Shown here one piece after another: positions 51,716 through 64,000 of a stretch of DNA of 64,000 bases. Source of the stretch: Camelus dromedarius (taxonomy: Eukaryota); contig NC_087436.1 of NCBI RefSeq assembly GCF_036321535.1, positions 61,506,001-61,570,000 of the forward strand, read 5' to 3'. The notes below the pieces were generated by a model. The model worked only from the letters and a program-made list of their open reading frames with translations. It was not told the origin of the DNA and made no database searches. Numbering within the stretch: position 1 is the first letter of the stretch; each line of letters starts with the position of its first letter. The position numbers were made by a program, and so were the translations under genes.

Positions 51716-54700
51716 GTCTTTGTCTGGTTTTGGTACTAAGGTAATAGTGGTCTTGTAGAATGAATTTGAGTTTTCAATTTTTTGGAGTAATTTAAGAAGG
51801 ATAAGTATTCACTCTTCCTTATATTTGGTAGAATTCCCCTGTGAAGTCATTTGGTCCTGGACTTCTGTTTGCTTAGATTTTTTTTTTTTCCACAAATTTA
51901 TTTTCGTTACTAGTAACCAGTCTGCTCAGATTCTCTATTCCTGGTTCAGTCTTGGAAGGTTGTATGATTCTTGAAATTTGTCCATTTCTTCTAGATTGTC
52001 CAATTTGTTAGCATACATCTTCATAGTGTTCTCTTGTGATTTTTTTAAATCTCTGTGATATGAGTTGTTATTTTTCCTCTTTTATTTATCATTTTGTTCT
52101 ATTTGGGTCACCTCACCTTTCTTTTTCTTGATAAGCCTGGCTAGGTCTATCAATTTTCTTTATCTTTTCAAAAAATCAGCTCTTGATTTCATTGATCTTT
52201 CCAGTGGTTCTTTTGACCCCTATTCTGTTTATTTCCTCTCTGATCTTTATTATTTCCTTTCTTTTACTGGCTTTGAGCTTTGTTTGCTCTTCTTTTTCTA
52301 ATTCCTTAAATGGTAGGTTAGATTGTTTATTTGAGATTTTTCTTGTTTCTTGAGGTAGGCCAGTATAACTATAAACTTCCATCTTGAACTTATTTTGCAG
52401 CATCTCGTAGATTTTGGAGTGTTGTGTTTCCACTTTCGTATATCTCAAAGTATTTTCTGATTTTCTCTTTAATTTATTCATTGATCCATTGGTTTTTAGT
52501 ATCATGTTGCTTAGCCTCCATGTGTTTGTGCTTTTTCCATTTTCCTTCCTGTGCTTGACTTCCAGCTTCATACTGTTCTGGTCTGAAAAAAATGCTTGAT
52601 ATAATTTCTGTCCTCTGACGTTTGTTGATACTTGTATTCTGGTATAACATGTGATCTATTCTGAAGAACATTTCATGTGCACTTGAAAAGAATGTGTTCT
52701 GCTGTTTTTGGAGGGAATGTCCGATAGATACCTATTGACTCCTAGTAACTGTTCTGATATGTCTTTTAAGACCACTATTGCTTTTTTGATCTTCTATCTG
52801 GATGATCTGTCCATTGATGTAAGTGAGGTATTAAGGTCCCCTACTATTGTATTATTTTCAATTTCTCCCTTTATGTCTGTTAATATTTGCTTCATCTATT
52901 TAGGTGCTCCTTTATTAGTTGAATATGTACTTAATGTGTGTTATATCCTCTTCTTGTTTTGATCCCTTATCATTATATAATGCCCTTCTTTGTCATTTGT
53001 TGTATATTTTATTTTAAAGTCTATTTTTTTTTGATAAGAGTATTGCTACCCCTGCTTTCTTACTGTTTTCATTTGCATAAAATATTTTTCCATTCTCTTA
53101 CTTTTAATCTCTGTGTGTCTTCAGCTCTTAAGTGAGTCTCTTGTAAGTAGCAAATAGACAGGTCTTTTTTTGTTTTAATCCAGTCAGTCACCATGTGTAT
53201 TTTGATTAGAATACTTAGTGCATCGGCATTTAAAATGATTATTGATAGGTGTATACTTATGGCCATTTTGCCATTTGTTTTTCTGGCTATTTTTGTAGTT
53301 TTTCTTTGTTGTTTTCTTCTAGTTTCTCTCCTTGTGGTCTGACACTTTTCTTTAGCATTATGCTTGTGTTTTTTTCTCTCTAGTTTTTGTGTATCTACTG
53401 TAGGTTTTTGATTTGTGGTTACCAAGGAGTTCATATATGTTGACCTATAACTATATCTACTTGTTTTAAACAGGTACTTGCTTCAATTCAAATACATTCA
53501 ACAATATCTATATTTTTTACTCCCCTTCCCTACATTTTGTGTTTGTAATACCATATTTTATACATTCATGTTTATTCCTATAGTGATTATTGTAGTTACA
53601 GTTGATTTTAGAATTTTCCTTTTTTACTCTTCGTATTAGCTTATTTAAGTGGTTGATCTTCAGTCTTTATATATGTTTGCTTTTTCTAGTGATACGTTTT
53701 TCTTTCCTATAGATACTTGTTGTTAAACCCATTTTTTTTCCACTTAGAGAAGATTTTAACATTTCTTTTATGGTAGGTTTAATATTGATAAACTTTTTTA
53801 GTTTTTGCTTGTTTGCGAAGTTCTTTATCTCTCTTTTAATCCTAATGATAATATTTCTAGCTAGATTCTCCTAGGTTTTAGGTTTTTCCCTTTAAGCACT
53901 TTTAACTATATCATGCCACTCCCTTCTGCCTGCAAAGTTTCTGCAGAAAAATCAGCTGATAGCCTTATGAGAGTTACCTTTTATGTAACTCTTTGTTTTT
54001 ATCTTTCTTCCTTTAGAATTTTCTTTTTACCTTTAACTTTGCCATTTTAATTATGATATGTTTTGGTTTGAGTCTGTTTGAGTTCATCTTGTTTGGGATC
54101 CTCTGTGCTTCCTGTACCTTGATAAGTTTTCTTTTACAGGTTTGGGAAGTTTTCAGCCATAATTTCATCAAATGCATTTTTGATGCTGCCCTTCTTCTTC
54201 TGGGACTCCTATAATGTGAATGTTGGTATACTTACGTTGTCCCAGAGGTTTCTTAAACTCTCCCCACCTCTTTTTTTGCTGTTCCAATTGAGTGATTTCC
54301 ATGATTCTGTCTTCCAAGTCACTTATGCCTTCTTCTGTATCACCTAGTCTGCTGTTAATTCCTTCTAATGTGTTTTTCATTTCAGTTATTGTGTTCTTCA
54401 GTTCTGACTGGTTCTTTTTTATATTTTCTAATTCCTTGTTAAAATTCTCATATTTTCCTCTGTTCTTTTCCCTAATTCAGTTAGCATTCTTATTGCTAAA
54501 ACTTTGAACTTTTTATCTGGTGAATTGTTTTATTAGTTGTTTTTCAGGGGTTTTCTATTGCTCTCTAATTGAAACAAATTCCTCTGTCTTCTCCTTTTGC
54601 TTAACTTTCTCTGTCTCTGTGAAACAGATACCTATTGCAATGTTAAAGTGGTGTCCCCTATACAGTCTGCATGTTCCCAGTGGCTTTGGTGAACAGGCAG

Positions 54701-55500
54701 GATCTGACATCAATACAAGTCATGACTTCCCCGGGGTGTTCTAGCAGCTATCACCTTGGTAGGAGAGGGGCTTGAGATGGATGGGCTAGGGCCAGAGCCA
54801 GGTGTCAGCTAGGGCTTCTCCTCTGCTCAGTGGCTGTCACTGCTCTACTGGGGGCAAGGTTGGGTTCCACATTGCTGGGGCAGAAGCCCTGAGGTTCAGG
54901 TCTGAAGTGACTCCGTTTTCTTTGTATGTGATTTTCCCCCCAGCACTGGCCCCCTCACCCTTGAGATGAACAATGCTGGAGTAAGAGGCACTGGTGAAGG
55001 TGTTCAGTGTGGGTCAGGGTACAGGCTGTAGTGGTCCTGCTACTGTCAGAGACTTAGACCACTTCTGATGCACTCCTGTGTAAAGGCCAGTAATGGCTAC
55101 CCATGTCCTGCTTAGACACCTCTGTAGGTCTGAGCTGCTTTTGTATCTCATAGCAGAGATCTCCTCTCAACCAGGACAGCCCTCTCCCCAGTGCAGAATT
55201 GCATAATGAAGCAAGGGGCTGGAGCGATGTCTCAGTTTAGGCTGGGGCATGTGCTGGGAAGGTTGGGGGAAACTTGCCAGCAACCCATGGAGTTTCAACC
55301 TGCCCTCTCTGCCCTGTTTCAGGATTAAGCAAGCGTATGTACATGCCTGATGAATGGACTCCAGGCTTCTCTCAACCCTCCTGTTAGTCCTACTAGCCAG
55401 TGAGACTTGTCTTCCTAGTGTTGGATTCCAGGGTGCCCAATATGTGGCTCAAACCATTCACTCTCCATGGAAGATCTCTGCCCATGTAATCTCTCTTCTT
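51716..55500 (-). mobile_element. Older LINE-1, 5' portion (proximal ORF2, spacer, ORF1, CpG-decayed 5' UTR)
   Basis: ORF2 start MAISIHLSII at 53266, FRIDHML, EN remnants; ORF1 remnant MKNTLEGINSRLGDTEEGISDLEDR (54168-54380); G-rich 5' UTR 54.65-55.5 kb. Confidence 0.93.
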
Positions 55501-55916
55501 TGTATGTTTTAAGATGGTTTTTATAATAAGCATTATATTTTTAAGAAAAACCCCAATTTATTATTCTGAAAAAAGGGAGAAATTGAGGATCAGAGAAGTG
55601 AAATAACTTGCTAAAGTCACTTAAAAATTAACTCTGAGTACTCTTTGGGTAAAGCTTTAAAATAATTAGTGTAATATTTCAGGTTTTTTCTTTGTTTTGA
55701 AACATCATTTCTCTGGATCACCAGTATGTGGCAATATTTCAAGTTGCAATTTTTCCTGTTTTTTAATCTATTTTAGAAAAGATGGGTAGAATGTAAATGG
55801 ATTATTTTTCTTTTTTGCATGTATCAAAATGACCAAATTAGTGTAAATGACAACTTTAGGCCATTTTATTTTATATTTCATACAAAGATAGAAAATTACA
55901 GCCTAAGAATTCTTTA

Positions 55917-56040
55917 ACACACACAGACAGACACACACACATACACACAGTGAGAGGGAGATGGGGAAGGGAGAGGAGAGAGAAAGAGAGGAAAAGGGAG
56001 GGCATAATGAGAGGGTTTGGGGGAGGGGAAGAAGGAGCAG
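55917..56040. repeat. (CA)n followed by GA-rich low-complexity tract
   Basis: Read directly from sequence. Confidence 0.85.
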
Positions 56041-56889
56041 GGCTAAAAATGAGGATAGATTAAGGGCTTTTGCTTTTTACCTGTACCATGTGTTCTTTCT
56101 GACTTCATGGTACTCAATTTGAGTTCTGTCTGCAGATATCTATGTAATATGTGCCTTTGTATACATATATATGCATATAATTTAAATTTTAAATCTGGAT
56201 TTTTATCCCACATAAATATTCACAGTCTATCTTTAAAAGTTTATAGAAACTGAAAGGCAGTCCATATATTTTAGACTAATCTATTTTAGAGTGCTTTTAA
56301 ATTGTATTCAACATAGCAGTTTTATTAAATTCCTTGATTTAAAGTATTACTGAATTATCCTGTAATCTACAGTTCTCAGGTGACGAGACAAAAATCCCAT
56401 CAAGCTAAGGAGATGGGAATCTAATTCCACAGAACAAAATGTGCTTTTAATAAACTGTGACAAAACAGGCAAGGGAAATAAAAAGATTTAGGAGGCAAAA
56501 GATCCAAGTCTCAGACTAATGAAAACATTCAATCCATGTGTCACAACCAAATAAAAGAGGAAAGAATATGGTGAGCTGGCACTGACCTACCTTAAAGAAT
56601 ACATTTTCTCTCCACCATAGCATAGTCACCAAGAAGAGCAATGTATCCCTGATAAACATTTATCTTACAAAGAAATGCAATAAAATGGTTAAAAGGATAA
56701 ACTTTCAGTGCAACAGCACAATGAAACCAGTGTAGCTAAAGGAATATATTTCAGACAAGTATAGTACCCGTTGAATGAGAATTCACATCAGTGCATGTAT
56801 AGGTACATATACATAGTGATGAGAGGGCTTGGCTGTGGGTTGTTTCCATCTTCCAAACTCTGCTGGTATTTGAAACTTAAATTACAAAT

Positions 56890-57830
56890 TAAGAATTCTG
56901 GTTATAAGTAATGTATACCCATTATTGAAAACTAAAATTACCAAAATTAGAATTAAGGAAAAAAATGATTCACATACTTGAAATAATCACTATTGACATT
57001 TTTGTGCATTCACTTTATATTACGCTTTATTTTGCTAGTATGTTATTTGCATAATTAAGATATTATTTTTTATCTAACTTTATATCCTTTTCTTTTCACT
57101 TATTTGAAAACAGAAATTTCTAATCACATTTAACAAAAACTTAATTTTAAATGACTACTTGATAGTCAGATCCATATACTTCAATACCTAAGTATACATT
57201 ATTCATGGACATTCAAAATATATATATATATATTGCTTCTAAATAATGCTACATTAAATACCTTTGTCTATACATTTTCTGTATTTCACTATATTTCCTT
57301 TGGATAATTTAAGAATGTAATTTTCAATTCCAAGGGCAAGGACATTTTGAAATCTCTTTGGCTTATATAACCAATTGCTTTCAAAAGGTTTGCACCAATT
57401 TATACAGACTTGCATGGGGGTGCCTTTTACCTAGTGATTTAGCTAACATTGATAATAATTTTCAATTTTTAATAATTTGTTCATTTTAAAAGTCCCCCTT
57501 TATTCAATTTTTGTTTATTCTTGAGTATAATGATATTGACAATTTTATATATATACAGTATATTTACATTTTGTTAACTCTGTTTTCTTTTGATGTTTTA
57601 TTCCTTTTGTATCTACTGTGCTTTTTATATAGGAAGGCACAAGACCTTTGTAACTCATATTTTTACTTTTTTATTTCTTTATTACTGTTTTTTCCTGAGA
57701 TGGTAATTAATATTTTTCTAACCATGCAAATATTTATTATTTATTTTTTATGTAGATTCTTTTTCAGTTATTAAAAATTGAGAATGCTCTATTCACATTT
57801 CCACTGACAAATGTGTTTCTATTTCTCCTA
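56890..57830 (-). mobile_element. Ancient L1ME-like fragment
   Basis: 'tatttcctttggataa', 'ccaattgctttcaaaaggtttgcaccaatttatac' are antisense L1ME 3' motifs. Confidence 0.6.
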
Positions 57831-57849
57831 GCATTAATAATAATGCTGC

Positions 57850-58085
57850 TGCTGCTGGCTAGCATGTATGTAGTACTTTCTATGTGTTTAGTACTGTTTG
57901 AAGTACTTGTTATATTATATACTTTGATCCTCACAAAAACCTAATGAGGAAGGTCCTATTATTAAGTCCACTTTTCAGATTATGAAATGAAGGGACAGAG
58001 AATTTAAATAACTTGCTCAGTGTTACTTATCAGAATTCCAATCTATGCAATCCGGCCCCAGAGTCCATTTTTGCTTGTGGCATTT
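57850..58085 (-). mobile_element. MIR SINE
   Basis: 'gatcctcacaaaaacctaatgaggaagg..ctattattaagtccacttttcagattatgaaatgaagggacagagaatttaaataacttgctca'. Confidence 0.88.
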
Positions 58086-59174
58086 TGATACTATTACATT
58101 CAGTACCTAGAGGTTCATGATTAGCCCATCTTCACTGTGTGTGAGATTTTTAATCAGTTTAAGCCCACTCTCTGTACTACCTTTGAAACTAGTTATAGTG
58201 ATTGAATAGGCTAAGATCCATGAAGTATGAAGAAAATGACTTTGTTTTCTCCAGTCATTGACTTTAGTCACGTTCTCTTGAATCTCTCTTTTCCTGATGA
58301 CATTTAATGATATTGCTATCTCAAGTAGGTCCTGTAGCAGTCCCAGAAAGACCTTTCTGGTCAATGATATTAAAAGCCTATGCATTGTACAGGTTACTCA
58401 TATGGTAGAGAAGTTCTAGCTCAGACTGTTTCAAATCTCCCTCCTTTCTGTCCCATCAGTACATCCATTGTCTCTTGTTGCTGAACATCTTTGCCCAGCA
58501 GGTGGCCCTCTTCAGAAATACCTTCAAGACAACTCAGTCTGTGCTGCCTTCTGTGGTGCCCATTGGACTTGCTGGAAACTCACATTCTCTCATTTGACAT
58601 GAGGTGGATGTGCAGGCTGCTCTACTACATCTCTCTACTCTGCTCCTTTTATCTAATTTTCTTTCAATCACATAGGCTTTCGGGGTAAAGGTGAGGCTCT
58701 GACAGCTCAGCCAATCCACTGCACAATGTTTCCTTGGAGTGATTCCCTTACTTAATTTCAGGAAATGATAATTTTCTCTCTTTCTCCCTTATTCTATCTC
58801 TGTCTCTCTCTTTTTCTTTTTCTCTCTCACTCTCCTTCCTTTACTTCTTCTCTGGCTTTTGTTCATACCTACTGACAGGGCTGGGGAATAGATTGGTTGG
58901 GATGATAGCTGAGAGCAGCAAATCAGTTTCATTCCCTCTCATAATAGGTTCTGGAAACAGTGTTTGGCTCCTGCTCTTTACTTATTCTGGAATGTAGTGG
59001 ATGTCTTATCTTATTGCTTTAGCTTTTGATTCTGTCAGTTTGGGGTTAACCAGAAAGGTCCTGTTACATAATTACACATTTTTGCCTGAAGTCTTTTTTT
59101 TTTTTTTTTGCCAGCCCTGACTTTTGTTTGGTATTTGCCTAAATTTTACTCTACTTTTTAGAGGTATATTTCCT

Positions 59175-59334
59175 TTTTTCCCTTTTTTCAAAGTTCTTAT
59201 TTTTTATTTTATTTTTTGGGGAGGGGTAGTTAGGTTTATATGTTTATTTAATTTTAGAGGAGGTACTGTGGATTGAACCCAAGACCTCATGCATGCTAAA
59301 CATGCTCTCTACCACTTGAGCTATACCCTCCCCC
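59175..59334 (-). mobile_element. tRNA-derived SINE of camelid vic-1 type
   Basis: Sense GGGGAGGGTATAGCTCAAGTGGTAGAG (A box)...GGGTTCAATCC (B box)...AGTACCTCC plus A-rich tail; TSD tagaggtatatttcct (59159-59174) / taaaggtatatttctt (59335-59350). Confidence 0.88.
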
Positions 59335-60619
59335 TAAAGGTATATTTCTTACGTGCAGTATTACATTCTATTTTGTAAGTCAGCTGAAAGACTTTGTCTT
59401 TTATGGCTCAACAAGGTAAATGATGTGTCCAAGATTGCACCATTAGTGAGGAGAGACATTAGAATTCTATCCCAGCATGTCTGCCTATAAAGATCATGCC
59501 CCTAAATACTACATTCCTTATTTTTCTCCAGTAATGTGGAAAATATCATCTTAAACTCAGTTTTACTGATTATTGTAATGTTTTCTAAACATTCGCACCT
59601 GAAGCTTTAATTGTCTAATTCAAGGATAATACTGTAAATTTTAATCAGATGAGAGAACTGATACACTTCATTTCCTGCCATTTCTGCCCACATAATCCCC
59701 AATCTTTCTTGATCTTTGCTTTTCTAATTGGTTTTGTGATTAAACTCATGAGTCTTGAAGTCAAAAAGGCCTGGGTTTAAATCTCAGATCTGACACAGTT
59801 TCATCTGTAAAATGAGGATTAAAGAGCTAAGACACTAAAGTGAAAATTATACGGTGAGTCTTGTATTAATCAGTTGATGGAGTTTAAACACATTTGCCCA
59901 TGCCTGGAAAACTGATAACACAAATCTAAGGAAAGTCTGTTTGCATTTTGGGGGTGAAGATGCTTCTGGGAAAGGACTTGATTTGCACTGCTGGGGTTTA
60001 ACCTTACCTAGTTATAGGGATATTTATAATTAGTGAGTAAGTAGGGAACAGCTGCATTTGACCCAAAATCAGGCCTAATAATCATGATTTTAGCAAAGCT
60101 TGAGGCTCTTAATCAAATATGTTTTTAGTTCAGTCTCCAGAGAATATTTGATCCTAGAGAAAGGAGTGAAAGTAAGTCTACTCTGAGGAGCTATTTTGGG
60201 AAACTGAATTTTGGAGCACAAATAACACCACTATTGAGCTCTTTAAAATATATATGTATGATGATGCAAAGGAAGAGAATGGCTTTTCCCCTTCTCTCTC
60301 TGCCCCATTTTGCTACACATACCAGTGTGTAGTGGAGCTGCCCCTGAATCGCAGCTTTGCCAGCATGGAGCCACTTTTCCCAGGTGGGGAGTTATGACCC
60401 ATGGGTTCTCAGTGTGTCAACCAGAGCCAGAGTGAGGAGTGAGGAAGGGATGGTGTAGCCTGAAAGAACAGTAGGTTAGAGGAATAGCTGCACATACTCT
60501 TACTGGCTTCCAGGTGCCATTTTGCCAAGTGCAGCAATAGTGGCACCTACACGCTCCAAAACTGCCACTGTAGAGCTGCTGGTGCCCTGCTGAGTGACGA
60601 TGAAGTGACAGTTCATGGG

Positions 60620-61930
60620 TATATAAGCATGAACTCCTGATTTTCCCTCTCAGATCTGCCCCAGCCACAATATTCTACACCTCAGTAAATGGCAATTCCA
60701 TCCTCCCAGGTATTTGAGTCAAAACCTTCGGCATCCTCAGTTTTTCCTTTTTTCTTCCTCATCCCACATTTGATACATCAGGAAATCTCACTGACTCAAC
60801 TTCTGAAATACAATCAGAATCCAGACATTCTCTCCCCCTCTACTGCTGCCCTCTGGTGCTGGCCCCCATCATCTCTCACCTGAATTATCATCAAGCCACT
60901 TCACTGAGCTCTCTCTGCTTTTACTACTGCCCTCAGTAATATATTTCCAACACAGCAGCCAGAGTGAGCCTTTTCTTTTATTGTTTTTATTGAGATATAA
61001 TTGACATATAGCATTGTGTAAATTGAAGGTATGTAACAGTTGATTTGATACTTTCATGTATTGCAGTATGATTACCACAGTAGCATTAGCTAACAACTGT
61101 ATCAAGTCACATAATTATTATTTCCATTCTATAATGGGAACAGTTAAGATCTAGTCTCTTAGCAGCTTTGAAGTTTATAATACAGTATTGTTGTCAGTAA
61201 TCACTATGTTGTGCTTTAGATTTCCAGGGCTTACTTATCAACTGATTGCAAGTTTGTACTCTTACACAACATCTCCCCAATTCCACTCCACTCCAGGCCC
61301 CTGGTAACCACCATTCTACTCTCTATTTTTATAAGTTCAGATTTTTTAGATTCCACATGTAAATGATACTGTACAATATTTGTCTTTCTCTGTATGGCTT
61401 ATCACACATAATGCCCTAAAGTTCCATCCATGCTGTTGCAAATGGCAAGATTTCCTTTTTTCTCATGGCGAAATTACTCTTGATTTATTTATTCATTGAC
61501 AGGCACTTAAGTTGTTTCTCTGTCTTGACTATTGTGAATAAAGCTGCAATAAATATGGAGTGCATATATCTCTTCAATATTGTTTTATTTCCTTTGGTTA
61601 TAACCCAGAAGTGGAATTGATGGATCACATGGTAGTTCTATTTTAAATTTTTTGAGGAATGTCCGTACTGTTTTCCATAGTGGCTGCACCAATTTGCATT
61701 CTTACCAGCAGAGTATAAGTGTCCCCTTTCCTCCATATCTTTGCCAACACGTATCTCTTGTCTTCTTGGTTATAAGCACTCTGAACCTTTTAAAGAGAAA
61801 GTCAGCTCATGTCCCTCCTCTATCCAAAACTCTCCAAATCATTCCCAGTCTCACCCAGAGAGAAATTTAAAGTCCTTATAAGACTTTATATGATCTGCTT
61901 TCTCTCCTTAATCTCCCTGATGATGATCAT
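60620..61930 (+). mobile_element. L2a LINE fragment split by an L1 insertion
   Basis: 'gaactcctgattttccc...cagtaaatggcaattccatcctccc...caacacagcagccagagtgagcctttt' resumes as 'aaag..aagtcagctcatgtccctcctct'. Confidence 0.85.
60974..61781 (-). mobile_element. 5'-truncated LINE-1 3' end (L1MA-like)
   Basis: 'tttattgagatataattgacatatagcattgtgta...ttttccatagtggctgcaccaatttgcattc'; TSD tgagcctttt / tgaacctttt followed by AA. Confidence 0.92.
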
Positions 61931-64000
61931 ATTAATATACAATATGTCATATGTAATAGTTACTATATATTACAATGTATAACATATATAAGATATACCT
62001 AGGGTTATTAAGAGTATTATAGAAATTAATATATGTAAAATGCTTAGAAGAGTATCTGGTACATAGTTAGTGCTCAGTAAATTTAATTTATACTTACTAT
62101 TGTACCTTTATTATTAACTAGGAAGGTGAAATCATGGAAATGAACAGATCCCCAATTAAAGGATTGAGAAATTACAGCTCATGAAGATGAAGAGTCTTGT
62201 CTAGAGCCAATGCTAGGATGTGGTAGGGCAGAGATCCTATCCCACATCTCTTGACTGATTCAGATTGCCCAATTTTTCCAAAGAAAATAACTGATATCCA
62301 GTGTGATCCACTTTGGAAAATGGTTTCCTGAATTCATCTTTTATTTTACATTTTCATTTAAACTTACCAGAATAAAGGGTGTTGAAAAAAGCTCTAAATT
62401 GCATTTACTGAAAATTTCCTATGGTTATGTACCTATGATTATATATTTGTAACTAAATGTCTTTCGTGTCTCCTAAATATTCAACTCTTTGAGAGAAAGT
62501 ACTAGGTAATTATAATTTGTAGTTCCCTAAGATTACAAATGTAGGGCCAAGAAAATAAATTTAAAAATACAGAGCAATGTTGATGAGTATTAATGTATCT
62601 TTATTTGCATTAATCTGTCAATATTGTTTTAAATACACTGAACAATAACCTAAACTCTCTTGTAACTTGAAATCAAAGTTTCCTATAAGTTGTCTCTTTT
62701 CCTTTTTCTTTGTTTCCCTGTGAGTTGTGTGTAGGTCTTTTTGGGTTTGTGATTCACATTTATTTATATTACAACACTTTTTTTTTAAATCACAGCTAAT
62801 TCCTGGACTTGACATTAAAAATTGCATCTCACAAAAGCGTAGTCATTTCTTTCACAGGCTGACATTCATATGAGTGAAAAACACTAACTCAGTTCAAGAG
62901 CTGTGTTCAAACTAATAAGAACAAGATTTTTATACTTTTTTGCTGAGAATGTTTCTTGACTGCTAGAAATTAGAACAAAACACCAGTAGCAAATGGAACC
63001 AAAATGATCAACTCAATGTAAGAAATACTTAGGAGCAAGTCTATTTAGAAAGTCCATTCCACTTATATATATACCTTCGAGTGTGCTATAATATTATACT
63101 GGCATTTGCATTACTTTAAAAACATTGGTGTGCTGGAAAGCAGGCATTGCAGTGCCCTTTTTCTCTTCAGTTTTAAATTTGTTATATTCAGTGACCTGGC
63201 TCTCAGGGATAATGATCATGTTAGTTTAAATCAATGACTATTTTTCAAGGGATGAAGGGTTGCCTTTTTTTCACTCAGAGCATCTCAGATGAGCATAAAT
63301 ATTAAACCATAAAGGCCTTTGCTGCCTGCCGGTGATTGCTGGTGCAGAGGCACAGTGATGCAACATGGATGCCAAGAAGCAGAAAAAGTACAGGTTGATG
63401 CCATTTTCCTCCAGTGTTCCTCCATGCTAGCAGAAGTAGGAACAACCTCAGCTTTCAAAGGATTAGAATATTGTTATACTTTCATTTGTTTGCTTAAGTT
63501 CAGACAATGCTTTCTTTGCACCTGTCCAAATAGCAGAGAAGAATTTTCACCTCCAGAATCTCAAATTGTAGAGGGAGGGTTTTACCTAAGATTTTGTCTT
63601 ATGCCTCAGGCTCTGAATGTACATGGGAGATTTGATGATTTTAAGTTATTAGAAACATTTTCCCGCAAGAACCATTTGGCAGATACAACATTGTAAGTCC
63701 AAAGTAGCAAAATTTTGGTGTTTCTTTTTGTTAAAAATATATTAATTTGTGTAAAACTGAAGTTAAATTTCTTCTTCAAATGTTTATGTTCCACCAGCAT
63801 TTACCCTAAAACATATATGTCTTTATTTCTTCTCCACCCAATTCTGAGGCATCTTACAGTCTCTACCTGCCATTGGTCTCTAACTTTTCTTTCCATAGTT
63901 AAACTCTTAAACAATGGTGTAGTTGTCATACATCATTATTTTGTATCAGTTTTTTCTCAGACCATCTATGTTTTGGTCTTTATCTCTTTCAGTACCCAAA

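Noticed and set aside
50470..51744. Many overlapping 60-165 aa ORFs on both strands, including antisense ORFs reminiscent of primate L1 ORF0
   Set aside because: Expected from stop-codon scarcity in a GC-rich 5' UTR; several begin at non-ATG codons and none has recognisable similarity.
59250..59334. tRNA-like sequence with A and B boxes
   Set aside because: Has an A-rich tail and TSD and a degenerate cloverleaf, so it is a SINE head rather than a tRNA gene.

Overview
Mammalian nuclear DNA, AT-rich and dense in transposable elements. It is most likely camelid (camel/llama/alpaca), judged from a tRNA-derived SINE of vic-1 type at 59.2-59.3 kb and the absence of Alu or ruminant Bov-tA/Bov-A2 SINEs. 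I recognise no host protein-coding gene, rRNA, tRNA or CRISPR array. The dominant feature is a roughly 7 kb full-length but inactivated LINE-1 (minus strand, 44,666-51,711). It is nested in the same orientation inside an older, nearly full-length LINE-1 (about 42,875-55,500), exactly where that older copy lacks about 0.7 kb of its reverse-transcriptase core. The rest is a patchwork of 5'-truncated L1s (one 5'-inverted, one with a possible 3' transduction), L2, MIR, CR1/L3, MaLR/ERVL LTRs, hAT MITEs and microsatellites. A few repeat-poor islands may hold conserved non-coding elements. L1 orientation bias hints that the window lies in an intron of a plus-strand gene. All family names come from recalled consensus motifs, not from a database search, and boundaries of old repeats are approximate. 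I found no convincing new biological system; the findings are mostly retrotransposition-mechanism signatures and weak regulatory or splicing candidates.
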